This document shows, piece by piece, positions 19,840 through 29,895 of a stretch of 64,000 nucleotides of DNA. The first letter of the stretch is position 1. Each line of letters opens with the position of its first letter. The notes under the pieces are model-generated. The model was not told where the DNA came from, did no database searches, and saw only the letters and a program-made list of their open reading frames with translations. Both the position numbers and the translations under genes were made by a program. The stretch is from Halobacteroidaceae bacterium (lineage in GTDB: Bacteria > Bacillota > Halanaerobiia > B1SED10-174): contig PUNE01000013.1 of NCBI GenBank assembly GCA_003551665.1, positions 179,932-243,931 on the forward strand, in the 5' to 3' direction.

Positions 19840-21042
19840 CTATTTGATTTCTCGCCGTAGTTTCTGGACCTCATCGAGAATCCGGTTGGCCAGATCGAGT
19901 TTGGACATGGAAGGAAGGTTTTCATGAGAATCGGGGAAAACAAGTGTTGCCACATTTGTATCCACCCCGAAGCCTGATCCTTCCGCCAGGACATCGTTGG
20001 CGACGATAAAATCCAGATATTTTCTTTTTATTTTGTCCTGAGCGTTGGCCACGATATTTTCTGTTTCTGCGGCAAAACCAACCAGAATCCGGTCACCTTT
20101 TTTGCGCCCAACCTCCTCCAGAATATCTTCATTGCGGTCCAGAGAAATGGTTAATTCCTTTTTTTCTTCCTTTTTGACCTTCATTTCAAAGGTTTCAGCA
20201 GGCCGAAAATCCATGGGTGCAGCAGCTTTAATAATCACATCCTGGTCAAGGCAGCGTTTTATTACGGCATCCAGCATTTCCCTTGTTGTTGCCACCCGGA
20301 CAAATTCTTTTAGACCCCACGGAGGTGTCAGGTGCGTTGGTCCGGTAATCAGGGTTACCTGAGCTCCCCGACGCAGTGCAGCCTGAGCAAGGGCATAACC
20401 CATTTTTCCCGTTGAAGGATTGGTTAAAATCCGGACTGGATCAATAAATTCCTGGGTGGGTCCGGCAGTAACCAAAAGCCTTGTTCCGGGCAAATCCTTG
20501 GGAACAAGAGCCCGGATTACCTCTTCCATAATCCTATCATTGTCCGCAAGCCTTCCCCTGCCTGAAGAACCCTCTGCCAGACGCCCAATATCAGGTTCAA
20601 TAAAATAGTAGTCCATTTCCTGCAGGCGCCGAAGATTTGATTGAAAAACCGGGTTTTCATACATCTTTGTGTTCATGGCAGGTGCAAAAAGGACGGGGGC
20701 TCTGGTCGCAGAAATTGTTGTTGTCAACAAATCATCTGCAATTCCACTGGCAACTTTTCCGATTACATTATAGGTTGCAGGGGCTACCAGAACAAGGTCT
20801 GCTTCAGTTGCCAGGTCAATGTGCTGAATATTCCAGTTGGCAGGCTCTGAAAACATTTCCGTTGCCACAGGCTGATGGGTAATGCTCTGGAAAGTTATGG
20901 GTCGAACAAGTTCACACGCAGCCCGGGTCATTACCACCTTAACCCTGGCTCCCTGCTTAACCATGCGGCTGGCGAGATCAACTGCCTTGTAAGCCGCAAT
21001 GCCTCCGCTCACACCGAGAACAATTGTCTTTCCCTGGAGCAA
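19840..21042 (-). CDS. coaBC: Bifunctional phosphopantothenoylcysteine decarboxylase / phosphopantothenate-cysteine ligase
   Basis: 400 aa; N-terminal flavoprotein domain (GVSGGIAAYK) plus C-terminal DFP ligase domain. Confidence 0.92.
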   Translation of the reverse strand: MLQGKTIVLGVSGGIAAYKAVDLASRMVKQGARVKVVMTRAACELVRPITFQSITHQPVATEMFSEPANWNIQHIDLATEADLVLVAPATYNVIGKVASGIADDLLTTTISATRAPVLFAPAMNTKMYENPVFQSNLRRLQEMDYYFIEPDIGRLAEGSSGRGRLADNDRIMEEVIRALVPKDLPGTRLLVTAGPTQEFIDPVRILTNPSTGKMGYALAQAALRRGAQVTLITGPTHLTPPWGLKEFVRVATTREMLDAVIKRCLDQDVIIKAAAPMDFRPAETFEMKVKKEEKKELTISLDRNEDILEEVGRKKGDRILVGFAAETENIVANAQDKIKRKYLDFIVANDVLAEGSGFGVDTNVATLVFPDSHENLPSMSKLDLANRILDEVQKLRREIK

Positions 21043-21058
21043 AGTTTCCCCTCCTCAA

Positions 21059-21280
21059 TTACTTGATGCCGTCAACTTTTTTCCGGACATACTTTACCTG
21101 GCCCGCAATTATCTCATTCATTGCAATAGTAACAGGTTTATTGGTACTTGAATACTCGATAAGGGGATTGGCCCCATCATTCAATTCACGTGCCCTCTTA
21201 GCAGCAGCAATGACCAGGGTATAGGGGCTGTCTACACTTTGCATCAGTTTTTCATGACTCAATCGTTTGTTAATAGCCAA
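21059..21280 (-). CDS. rpoZ: DNA-directed RNA polymerase omega subunit
   Basis: 73 aa; SPYTLVIAAAKRARELN. Confidence 0.85.
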   Translation of the reverse strand: MAINKRLSHEKLMQSVDSPYTLVIAAAKRARELNDGANPLIEYSSTNKPVTIAMNEIIAGQVKYVRKKVDGIK

Positions 21281-21283
21281 CCT

Positions 21284-21850
21284 CTAATTGCTCCTTTCTT
21301 CTTCGGAAATTATTTTTTTTATCCGGGCAACAGCCCGCTGCAATTGGTCATTTATAACCACATAATCATAGTGATTTTTCTCTTCCATTTCCTGCAGAGC
21401 ATTTTTTAACCGTAATTTTTTGGCAGAAGGGGAATCGGTTCCCCTCTTTTCCAGGCGCCTGGCCAGCTCCTCTAAACTTGGAGGAGCTAAAAAGATAAAA
21501 ACTCCCTCAGGGCATTTTTCCCTGATCTGGCGGGCCCCCTGAGTATCAATATCCAGGATAATATGCTTTCCAGATCGGATGGTTTCCTCCACAAATTCCC
21601 GAGGAGTACCGTAAAGATGGTTGTGCACCTGGGCCCATTCCAGCCAACGGTTATCTTCTATTCCTTTTTGGAAATTCGCAGATGAAAGGAAAAAATAGTC
21701 CTTTCCTTGAACTTCTCCCGGACGAGCCGGCCTTGTAGTGGCGGAAACAGAAAAAACCAGGTCCTTTCTCTGTCTTAATAATTCCTTCAGGACCGTTCCT
21801 TTGCCAACTCCGGAAGGCCCGGAAAGAACAAATAGTTTCCCTTTCCTCAT
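21284..21850 (-). CDS. gmk: Guanylate kinase
   Basis: P-loop LSGPSGVGKGT, VSATTRPARPGE. Confidence 0.93.
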   Translation of the reverse strand: MRKGKLFVLSGPSGVGKGTVLKELLRQRKDLVFSVSATTRPARPGEVQGKDYFFLSSANFQKGIEDNRWLEWAQVHNHLYGTPREFVEETIRSGKHIILDIDTQGARQIREKCPEGVFIFLAPPSLEELARRLEKRGTDSPSAKKLRLKNALQEMEEKNHYDYVVINDQLQRAVARIKKIISEEERSN

Positions 21851-21852
21851 TT

Positions 21853-22107
21853 TTAGAGCGAGGTATCTTTGTCAACCAGTCGATGAGAAACAGTTTCCGG
21901 TTGAACAGCGCTCAAAATAATGTGGTCAGAATCGGTAATGACAACTGCGCGGGTTCTGCGTCCATAAGTAGCGTCAACCAATCGTCCCTGTTCCCTGGAT
22001 TCCTGGATTATCCTTTTTATGGGAGCAGATTCAGGGCTTACAATTGCAATTATCCTGTTGGCCGCAACAATATTTCCAAAACCAATATTGATCAGTTTAA
22101 TTTCCAT
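21853..22107 (-). CDS. remA: RemA/YlzA DUF370 DNA-binding regulator
   Basis: [35 protein letters not shown]...[27 protein letters not shown] is nearly collinear with B. subtilis RemA. The start was trimmed to this Met. Confidence 0.85.
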   Translation of the reverse strand: MEIKLINIGFGNIVAANRIIAIVSPESAPIKRIIQESREQGRLVDATYGRRTRAVVITDSDHIILSAVQPETVSHRLVDKDTSL

Positions 22108-22128
22108 TTCTAATTCCCTCCTGTACAT

Positions 22129-22989
22129 TTATATTATATTTTGGACCTGTTCCCTAATCTTCTCGACCCAACTTTTCAGTTCAATAACCTGATACAAAAC
22201 TTCCCGGTTATTAATTTTTGAACCGATGGTGTTAATCTCCCTCAGCATCTCCTGGGCAATAAAGTCGAGTTTTTTCCCTACTGCGTTTTTTTCCTGCAAA
22301 GCATTTTCCAGATGTTTAAGATGACTCTCCAAACGAACTATCTCTTCCTGGATATCACTTCGGTCAGCTAACACCCCCGCTTCCATCATTATTCTTTCTT
22401 CAGAAAAATCATTTTCCTCAAGAAATGTTGAGAGCTTGCTTTTAAGCTTATGATAATGTTCTTTCTGGATTTCGGGCAATATTCCTTTTATATTTTGTAC
22501 CATTTTCGCAATTTTTTTCCGATATTCTTCTATTTCCTTTTTCAGCGCCTCTCCTTCTCTTTCCTGCATAAAAATTAACTGTTCCAGAGCCTGTTTTACT
22601 GATCCCTGAAGAAGCTCCTGGGTTTCTGCAAGATCAGGGGCTTTTTTCTGTCGCAAAACCCCGGGAAGAGAAAGCTTGAATTCCTCGCTGACCATACCTT
22701 TCCCAACAGCACTCATAATAGCCTGGTTGTAAGCCTGAAGGAGGTTATTGTCCAAACAAATCTCGGGAACCTCTCCTTCCTCAACCTCAACATTTATATT
22801 CAGGTCAACCCGTCCCCGAGGAACCCTCTCCTTTACTATGGAGCGAATAAGGGGATCCAGTGCCGAATAATCTCCTGGAAGATAGATATTCAGAGAAAGA
22901 TTGCGATGGTTAACACTTTTAATTTCAGTTTCAAAAACCCAGCGCCCTTTTTTGGCAACTCCGGTTCCATAGCCAGTCATACTCCTCAT
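22129..22989 (-). CDS. yicC: YicC/YloC family protein (YicC_N + DUF1732)
   Basis: MRSMTGYGTG start and a coiled-coil middle region; conserved position upstream of remA-gmk. Confidence 0.85.
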   Translation of the reverse strand: MRSMTGYGTGVAKKGRWVFETEIKSVNHRNLSLNIYLPGDYSALDPLIRSIVKERVPRGRVDLNINVEVEEGEVPEICLDNNLLQAYNQAIMSAVGKGMVSEEFKLSLPGVLRQKKAPDLAETQELLQGSVKQALEQLIFMQEREGEALKKEIEEYRKKIAKMVQNIKGILPEIQKEHYHKLKSKLSTFLEENDFSEERIMMEAGVLADRSDIQEEIVRLESHLKHLENALQEKNAVGKKLDFIAQEMLREINTIGSKINNREVLYQVIELKSWVEKIREQVQNII

Positions 22990-23017
22990 TTTGGACTCCT
23001 CCTCTACATTCCTCTAA

Positions 23018-23046
23018 ATAATACCATAATAAAAGCAGTGTTTCAA
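23018..23046 (-). promoter_or_regulatory. Sigma-A-like promoter for yicC operon (TTGAAA-N17-TATTAT)
   Basis: Minus strand: TTGAAACACTGCTTTTATTATGGTATTAT, about 25 nt upstream of the GGAGGAG RBS and ATG. Confidence 0.6.
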
Positions 23047-23104
23047 TAAGCACAACTGGTTTTAGTTTAATAATGTCATTTTTTTTCAACCAGGAAATCG
23101 CTGC

Positions 23105-23134
23105 TTGACTTAAGGTGCCTGAATAGTAAATAAT
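23105..23134 (+). promoter_or_regulatory. Sigma-A-like promoter for rqcH (TTGACT-N18-AATAAT), divergent from the yicC promoter
   Basis: TTGACT at 23105..23110 and AATAAT at 23129..23134. GGAAGGAG RBS followed by ATG at 23172. Confidence 0.55.
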
Positions 23135-23171
23135 AGCATATAAGAAGTTGGTTTCAGGAAGGAGTTTTACA

Positions 23172-24848
23172 ATGGATGGCGTTATGCTTTTTAAAACCAG
23201 AGAGGAACTGCAAACTGAACTGGAAAATGGTTACATTACGAAAATTTTCCAACCCCATCAGCAGGTTTTAAATATTAATTTTCGTTGCAGGCAAACCAAT
23301 AAAAGCTTATTTTTCTTTATGCACCCATCGAATCAGGGGGTTTTCCTTGCAGATTACAATATGGAGAACCCTCCCCAGCCCCCTCCCTTCACAATGCTGC
23401 TTCGAAAATATCTCCAGGGGATGCCCCTTGAAAAAATTGAACAACGGGGGCTTGATAGGATTCTTTCTTTTAAATTCGGGGCTTACCAGTTAATAGCCGA
23501 ACTTATGGGACGCCATGCCAATCTGGCCCTGGTCAAAGAAGGGCGCATCCTTGGAGTTCTAAAACCCCAGGGAGAGAATAGCCAGCGGCCTATCAATGCC
23601 GGCCTCCCCTATAATCCACCTCCTGCCCAGGGGAAGTATGATCCCGGGGAAATTCCCTGGGACGAAATAAGGGAGGAGGCCGGACAGAAAAAAACCTGGA
23701 GGTTAATATTCGATAATATTGAAGGGGTTGGCCCCAAAACAGCAAGAGACCTTACTGTAAGGGCGGGCCTGGATCCAGAAATTCAGGCAGGTGCCCTGGA
23801 AGAAGACCAGTTTTCCAAAATCAGGGAGGCAATACACTGGCTGGAAAATTTTCTCGCCAGTTCTGGCCCTAAGCCGACTGCTCTTTACGAAAATGGAAAG
23901 GTTTTTGAGGTTTTCCCTTTTCAACCTGTGGCCTGGCAAGATTTAGAGCAGAAAAATTTCAACACCCTGTCTGAGTTGTTAAAGGAAACAATTATTCCAA
24001 ACTGGGAAAAAAACCAGATTCAATCCAAGAAGAACCAGCTGCAAAAAAAGGTAAACCGGGAACTGAAAAAAAAGGAGCGGAAGCTTTATAAATTGCAGGA
24101 TGACCTGCGGGATGCCAGGGGGAGTGATAGTCTGAAAATCAAAGGAGAATTGATAACAGCCTTTGCCCATAAAATCCAAAAGGGGAATAGGGTTGTGGCG
24201 CTTCCCAATTACTACCAGGACAATGCCCCACTTGAAATTGAACTAAAACCAGAACTTTCACCTCATGCCAATGCCCAGCGATACTTCAAAAAATATCACA
24301 AAAAGAAAAAAGCTCAAAAACACCTTAAAAGACAGATTGCCTTAACCCGCCGGGAAACAAGGTATCTTGAAGAAGCAATGCACTACCTGGAAGAAGCAAA
24401 TAACCTGCAGGAACTTCTGGAACTGGAAGCAGAATTTAAAGAAACCGGGATTATCCCCATTCGTCGGAAAAAGTCCGGGGCGGATATTCGAAGTAACCCC
24501 CACCAGTTTAAAACTTCTGATGGCAGGACCATTTTAGTTGGGCGAAATAACCGGCAGAATGAGGATCTTTTCCGCAAAGCAAAAGACCATGATCTGTGGT
24601 TTCACACCCGGGAAATTCCGGGATCCCACGTAATCATTAAAACCGAAAAAAGGGATGTAAAAGACCACGACCTCCTGAGGGCAGCAAGCCTTGCGGCCTT
24701 TTTCAGCAGGGGAAAGCAGGATAGCAAGGTTGCAGTGGATTATACTGAAGTTAAGAACATAAAAAAGCCCAAGGGCAGTCCCCTGGGCTTTGTCCACTAC
24801 GAAAATTACCAGACCATTCTGGCCCCTCCCCAACTTCCCGATTCATAA
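23172..24848 (+). CDS. rqcH: RqcH/YloA (NFACT family, fibronectin-binding protein A-like; ribosome quality control)
   Basis: NFACT-N region (NLALVKEGRILGV), coiled coil, NFACT-R/DUF814 C-terminus (FHTREIPGSHVIIK). The start was set at MDGVMLF after the RBS. Confidence 0.85.
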   Translation: MDGVMLFKTREELQTELENGYITKIFQPHQQVLNINFRCRQTNKSLFFFMHPSNQGVFLADYNMENPPQPPPFTMLLRKYLQGMPLEKIEQRGLDRILSFKFGAYQLIAELMGRHANLALVKEGRILGVLKPQGENSQRPINAGLPYNPPPAQGKYDPGEIPWDEIREEAGQKKTWRLIFDNIEGVGPKTARDLTVRAGLDPEIQAGALEEDQFSKIREAIHWLENFLASSGPKPTALYENGKVFEVFPFQPVAWQDLEQKNFNTLSELLKETIIPNWEKNQIQSKKNQLQKKVNRELKKKERKLYKLQDDLRDARGSDSLKIKGELITAFAHKIQKGNRVVALPNYYQDNAPLEIELKPELSPHANAQRYFKKYHKKKKAQKHLKRQIALTRRETRYLEEAMHYLEEANNLQELLELEAEFKETGIIPIRRKKSGADIRSNPHQFKTSDGRTILVGRNNRQNEDLFRKAKDHDLWFHTREIPGSHVIIKTEKRDVKDHDLLRAASLAAFFSRGKQDSKVAVDYTEVKNIKKPKGSPLGFVHYENYQTILAPPQLPDS

Positions 24849-24856
24849 AAACTGGT

Positions 24857-24886
24857 GGCACGGGTTAACCCCGTGCCATTTTTTTA
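24857..24886. terminator. Bidirectional rho-independent terminator between convergent rqcH and pmbA
   Basis: GGCACGGGTTAACCCCGTGCC hairpin with ATTTTTTT on the plus side and an A-run on the other side. Confidence 0.8.
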
Positions 24887-26221
24887 CTCCATTTCCGATA
24901 CTCCAGTAAAATTGAAACCATCAATTACCAGAGCTGGCCCCTGAGGAGCCCCAACGCTGAAAGGCATTTTACCCAGGCTATTTCCAATCCCAACTACCCT
25001 TTTCAGGGCTTCGATAATGTTCTGGGTAAACCGGAGATTTTTTAGGGCATGCCCAACCTCACCATTTTCAATCCAGAAAGTCCCATCCCTGGTTAAACCG
25101 GTTACAATCGTCTGCTGGGGATGAATTACCCCAACATAATGAAACCTGGTAACAAGAACCCCTTTTTCAACCTTTTGCAACAGTTCCTCCCTGGATTCTT
25201 TTCCCGGCCACATTTTCAGGTGCATGGGCATTGGACCAAAAGACCTGAAACCGGGAGGCAGAGCATGACCGGTTGTTTTTCGGCCTTCCTTAGCTGCCAG
25301 GTAATGGTCATAAATATAATTTTTAAAAACTCCCTCCTCAACGAGGGGAAGGGGTCGCTTGGGCATACCTTCACCGTCATAGGGGAAAGGCAATCCGTTT
25401 TCATCGTATGGATCATCAAAAATGGAAATACTTTCGGCCATTACTTTCTCTCCAATTTTACCCGAGAAAAAACTCCGCCCTTCATTGCAGGCCAGACCAT
25501 TAAAACCAATGAAACCAAGATAACCAAGCAATTCGCAAACTGCTAGGGGTTCCAGAATAACAGTATATTCTCCCGGTTCGAGGGACTTCCTTTCCTGGGT
25601 TGCGGCACATTTTTCTGCAGCCTTTTCTGCAACCCAGGAAACATCAATATCGTTTACATCAACCTGGAGGTCCTGGGCATAACCCTCTCCTCCACCGGGC
25701 CCTCCCATGTACAGAACTTTTAAAAAGGCCTGGGATGTATCCCATTCGCGGAAGTTTCCATTGGAATTCAGGGAAATATACCTGCTGGCCTGAGTAGAAA
25801 ATGTTCCAAATCCCTTGAAACCTTCCCTTTCCCCAATCTTCCTGACTTCAGCAATTCCATCAGCCCTTTTCTCGGGAGGGCAGTTGCTGGTTTCCTGAGA
25901 AAAAGACTGTAATTCAGGGGCTATTTCTTCGGAAAAAGGGAGCCCGGGAAAGTCAGGGTCAGGTTTTTGAAATTTTGCCGCTTCCAGGGCCCTTTCTAAT
26001 GCTTTTCGCACTGCTGAGGGGCTGGTATCTGTAGTGGTTGCACTTCCCTTGCGTTTTTTTTCATGAACAACTACAGTTAAACTTGTTTTTTCCTGGCTGA
26101 TATTCTGGTGAATAATTGATTCTGCAAATCTTGAAAGCTTTAATTCGTCTTTCTGGCAAAAAATCTCGGTGTGTTCTGCCGGCGATTCGGAAATTACTTT
26201 TTTTAGCTCTTCTCTTTTCAT
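24884..26221 (-). CDS. pmbA: PmbA/TldE-family protein (TldD/PmbA metalloprotease partner)
   Basis: 445 aa; PmbA_TldD fold. The C-terminal segment HGHALKNLRF...GAPQGPALVIDGFNFTG is typical. Confidence 0.8.
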   Translation of the reverse strand: MKREELKKVISESPAEHTEIFCQKDELKLSRFAESIIHQNISQEKTSLTVVVHEKKRKGSATTTDTSPSAVRKALERALEAAKFQKPDPDFPGLPFSEEIAPELQSFSQETSNCPPEKRADGIAEVRKIGEREGFKGFGTFSTQASRYISLNSNGNFREWDTSQAFLKVLYMGGPGGGEGYAQDLQVDVNDIDVSWVAEKAAEKCAATQERKSLEPGEYTVILEPLAVCELLGYLGFIGFNGLACNEGRSFFSGKIGEKVMAESISIFDDPYDENGLPFPYDGEGMPKRPLPLVEEGVFKNYIYDHYLAAKEGRKTTGHALPPGFRSFGPMPMHLKMWPGKESREELLQKVEKGVLVTRFHYVGVIHPQQTIVTGLTRDGTFWIENGEVGHALKNLRFTQNIIEALKRVVGIGNSLGKMPFSVGAPQGPALVIDGFNFTGVSEME

Positions 26222-27657
26222 CGGCTAACACCTACCTTTATGTTTCTGAACCTGGCATAGGACGCGCCATGGCCAACTGGAGCCGCCTGCATGGGTTCTC
26301 CCTTGCCACAGTTGGGAACTCCCCACATTTTCCATTCAGATTGTCCTGCAATTCCATCGCAGGAACGCCAGAAAGGAAGGGTGCTCCCTGTATAGGTGGG
26401 GTTTTTAATTACCCCCTTTATTTCACCATCCTCAATCAACCAGCCAATTTCTGTTCCAAACTGGAAGTTAATCCTCTTATCATCAATGCTCCAGGACTTA
26501 ATCATGTCCAGAAGAATTCCTTTTTCTGTCCCCTTGATCAATTCCTGCAGCGAAGATTCTCCCGGTTCCAGGTTAATATTGGTCATTCTGATCAGGGGAA
26601 AATTGCTCCAGCCAATTGCCCTCATGGTCCCATTGCTTTTTTGTTCAAGCACCGGGGCCGTTTCCCTGGAGGTAAGGAAGTTTTCAAATTTTCCTTCCCT
26701 GACAATGGGAATCCTGCTGGCGGAGACTCCCTCATCGTCATAAGCAAAACTTCCCAGAGCACCTGGAATTGTGGCATCAGCATAAATATTTACAACCTTC
26801 GAGCCGTAAGCAAGTTCATGAATGTGGTCGGGAGTCAAAAAACTAGTCCCCGCAAAAGCTGCCTCAGTCCCCAGAACTCGATCAAGTTCAATCGGGTGCC
26901 CGCAGGATTCATGAACCTGCAACCCTAGCTGACAGCCCCCCAGGATGAGAGTCATTTCTCCGGCCGGACATTGTTCTGCGGTAAGAAGCTGCTCAGCCTC
27001 TTTTCTCACCCGTTCTGCTTCTCTTACAAGATCCATCTCTCTAACAAACTCAAAACCCCTCTGGGCGTAATTCCCCCCAAAAGCACTGGGATAGGAACGA
27101 ATCTGCCGGTCCTTGCCGTCGGTGCTCATGGCATTGATACCTGCTCCAGTTCGATAAAAAGTCTGCTGAATTTCCGAGCCTTCAGAAGAAATGAAAAGTT
27201 TTTTCTCCTTCTGGCAGTCAATATTGCCGGTAGTAAGAAAAATTTTTTCTCCCTGCATGGCTTCGTGGGCTTTTTGCAGCAGTTCAATCTTCTCTTCCAG
27301 GGATATCTCGAAAGGATCTTCCTCGATCTCTGTGGTATATTCTTTTTTTGCAGCTTTCACCGGTGCAAGTTCCCTGGGTTGTTGACCTTTATTAGCCGCC
27401 CGGGCCAGAGCAACTGCCTCTCGGGCTAACTTTCCCGAATCCTCCAGATTATCATCTGTAATGCTCATGCTGGCAAAACCCCAGCTGCCATTTACCCAGA
27501 CCCTCAAACCTATTCCCCTGTCTTCCCCCAGGCTTAAGTCTTCAATCTTACCGTTTTTGGCCCTGATCCCCTGTTTTTCATTTTCAATATAACGCAGGTC
27601 AGCATAGTCCGCTCCTGCCTCCAGGGCCTTTTTTATTACCTTCTTCCACCTTTCCAC
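26218..27657 (-). CDS. tldD: TldD metalloprotease
   Basis: 479 aa; HESCGHPIELD HExxxH motif; ADYADLRY N-terminus. Confidence 0.88.
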   Translation of the reverse strand: MERWKKVIKKALEAGADYADLRYIENEKQGIRAKNGKIEDLSLGEDRGIGLRVWVNGSWGFASMSITDDNLEDSGKLAREAVALARAANKGQQPRELAPVKAAKKEYTTEIEEDPFEISLEEKIELLQKAHEAMQGEKIFLTTGNIDCQKEKKLFISSEGSEIQQTFYRTGAGINAMSTDGKDRQIRSYPSAFGGNYAQRGFEFVREMDLVREAERVRKEAEQLLTAEQCPAGEMTLILGGCQLGLQVHESCGHPIELDRVLGTEAAFAGTSFLTPDHIHELAYGSKVVNIYADATIPGALGSFAYDDEGVSASRIPIVREGKFENFLTSRETAPVLEQKSNGTMRAIGWSNFPLIRMTNINLEPGESSLQELIKGTEKGILLDMIKSWSIDDKRINFQFGTEIGWLIEDGEIKGVIKNPTYTGSTLPFWRSCDGIAGQSEWKMWGVPNCGKGEPMQAAPVGHGASYARFRNIKVGVSR

Positions 27658-27670
27658 ATTATCCCTCCTT

Positions 27671-27700
27671 AAAAAAGAGGAAAAGCCTCATAAGAGGCTT
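27671..27700 (-). terminator. Rho-independent terminator at the end of the EF-G paralog gene
   Basis: Minus strand: AAGCCTCTTATGAGGCTTTTCCTCTTTTTT. Confidence 0.75.
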
Positions 27701-29774
27701 AATCCTCGTCTTTTTTAGACTGTTCTATTATTAGGTCGGTTTCACGGGGCGGAACTTTGTCGTAATAGGCAACTTTCATGCTGAAGGTACCCTGGCCTCC
27801 AGTGATTGACTTGAGATCATTGGCATAATTTGCCATTTCCGCAAGGGGTACATTAGCCCTGATAATCTGAATGCCATCCTGAGGATCCATCCCCAGGATT
27901 TTGCCTCGCTTGCTGTTCAGGTCACCAATGACATCCCCCATCTGTTCCTCGGATACTTCCACCCGAACTTCCATGATGGGTTCAAGAATAGCCGGATCCG
28001 CTTTTTCAACGGCCTTCTTGAAAGCCTTAGAAGCAGCCAGTTTAAAGGCCATTTCGGATGAATCCACCGGGTGATAGGAACCATCAAAAACCGTGGCTTT
28101 GAAATCAACTACCTCATACCCAGCAAGAACCCCTTCTTTCATTGCCTCTCGAACCCCTTTTTCAACACCGGGGATAAACTGGTTGGGAATGGCTCCTCCG
28201 AATATTTCTTCCTGAAATTCAAAACCACTTCCCCGGGAAAGGGGTTCCAGTCGTAGATGAACATGCCCGTACTGACCACGACCACCTGTCTGCTTTTTGT
28301 GTTTTTCTTCCACCTCAATCTTCTTCTGAATGGTTTCTTTGTAGGCTATTTTCGGTGGTTTTGTTTCAAAATCAACACCAAATTTACGTCTACTGACATC
28401 CTTAACAACGTCGAGATGCATCGTCCCCATTCCGGAAACAACCAGTTCATTTGTTTCCGGATCGTGGAAGGCAGTAAAGGTGGGATCCTCTTCTGCAAAG
28501 CGATTTAAAGCCGTGCTAATTTTTTCCTCGTCCCCTTCACCCTTGGGGTATGCTGCAAGAGAAAGATTTGGTTTGGGGAATTTTATTTCCGGAAAAACAA
28601 CCGGGTTTTCCTTGGAGCAGAGAGTATCACCTGTTCCGGTATGCTGTAATTTGGCCACGGCACCGATATCTCCAGCAATTACTTCTTCTACGTTTTCCTG
28701 GTCCTTGCCTTTTTGATTATAGAGCTTGGCAATTTTTTCTGTTTCATCTTTGGTGGAGTTATATATTTCCGAATCAATGGTTATTTTCCCTGAAAAAACC
28801 CGGAAGATAGAAAGGCGGCCAACATAGGGGTCAACCATTGTTTTAGCTACAAGAGCACTGGTTGGCTCATCAAGTGAGGGTTGGCGTTCGGTTTCTTCCT
28901 CGCTATCAGGAAGTGTTCCCCTGACGGATCCACGGTCAACTGGAGAGGGAAGAATCCTGGAGGAATAGTTAAGGATTTCCTCAACACCTATAGCTCTGGC
29001 TGCAGAACCCGCGAAAACGGGCATCAGACTTCCTTCTCGGACTCCTTTTTCCAGGGCACCCTCCAGTTCTTCAGTGGTTAATTCTTCTTCTTCCAGATAC
29101 TTCATCATCAGTTCATCATCAACTTCTGCCAGGGCTTCAACCATTTCCATGTGGTACTCCTCATAATCATCAGCAAATTCCTCGGGAATATCTTCTACTG
29201 AATACTTTCCCCAATCGCTATAAACATGGGCTTTCCCCTGGAACAGGTCAATAACTCCTTTGAAATTATCTTCTGCTCCCATGGGGATGAAAAGAGGTAC
29301 AACCCCATTTCCAAAGGTTTCCTGGATCTGGCTCAGAGTTCCACGAAAATCAGCGCTTTCCCGGTCCATTTTATTGATAAATACAAGCCGGGGGAGGCTG
29401 GCTTCATCGGCCATCTTCCAGACCCGGTGAGTATTCACCTCAACTCCAGAGGCAGCACAGACCATTACTATTGAACTATCCACAACGCGGAGGGCACCAT
29501 GCACCTCACCAATAAAATCGATATAACCCGGTGTATCGATCATATTGAATTTTATCCCTTCCCGATAAAGGGGGATGTAAGTTGCATTGATGGAAATCCC
29601 TTTACTTTTTTCCTCCGGGGTAAAGTCAGATGCAGTTGTTCCCTCTTCGACGTTACCCAGGCGATTTGTTACACCGTTCTGGAAAAGCATAGCCTCGAGT
29701 AGAGAAGTCTTTCCCACGCTTCCATGAGAAAGTAAAGCAATGTTTCTGATGTCTTCAGGTTTTGAAACCTTCAC
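27699..29774 (-). CDS. Elongation factor G paralog (EF-G2-like translational GTPase) with non-canonical G1 motif; GTG start
   Basis: 691 aa with EF-G domain architecture. G1 is SHGSVGKTS rather than AHIDAGKTT. G3 DTPG and G4 NKMD are present. Confidence 0.8.
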   Translation of the reverse strand: MKVSKPEDIRNIALLSHGSVGKTSLLEAMLFQNGVTNRLGNVEEGTTASDFTPEEKSKGISINATYIPLYREGIKFNMIDTPGYIDFIGEVHGALRVVDSSIVMVCAASGVEVNTHRVWKMADEASLPRLVFINKMDRESADFRGTLSQIQETFGNGVVPLFIPMGAEDNFKGVIDLFQGKAHVYSDWGKYSVEDIPEEFADDYEEYHMEMVEALAEVDDELMMKYLEEEELTTEELEGALEKGVREGSLMPVFAGSAARAIGVEEILNYSSRILPSPVDRGSVRGTLPDSEEETERQPSLDEPTSALVAKTMVDPYVGRLSIFRVFSGKITIDSEIYNSTKDETEKIAKLYNQKGKDQENVEEVIAGDIGAVAKLQHTGTGDTLCSKENPVVFPEIKFPKPNLSLAAYPKGEGDEEKISTALNRFAEEDPTFTAFHDPETNELVVSGMGTMHLDVVKDVSRRKFGVDFETKPPKIAYKETIQKKIEVEEKHKKQTGGRGQYGHVHLRLEPLSRGSGFEFQEEIFGGAIPNQFIPGVEKGVREAMKEGVLAGYEVVDFKATVFDGSYHPVDSSEMAFKLAASKAFKKAVEKADPAILEPIMEVRVEVSEEQMGDVIGDLNSKRGKILGMDPQDGIQIIRANVPLAEMANYANDLKSITGGQGTFSMKVAYYDKVPPRETDLIIEQSKKDED

Positions 29775-29895
29775 AAAAAACCACCGTCCTTATTATAAAA
29801 ATATAGTAGGGGGAAAAGGCAAAATTGTTTATCCCATATCTCTCTATTTTTTCTCTTTCCCAATGGCAAAAACCTTCTTCATAAGCAAAAACTTT

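Noticed and set aside
26116-26928. 270-aa plus-strand ORF (and similar long plus-strand ORFs at 45185..45880, 35687..36214, 51797..52453, 10214..10654, 46501..46926)
   Set aside because: Each lies entirely antisense to a well-supported conserved gene (tldD/pmbA, ftsZ, pyrP, murG/ftsW, mmdB, ftsA). Their translations are low-complexity (Ser/Pro/Arg-rich), with no recognisable domains and no RBS. They are typical shadow ORFs.
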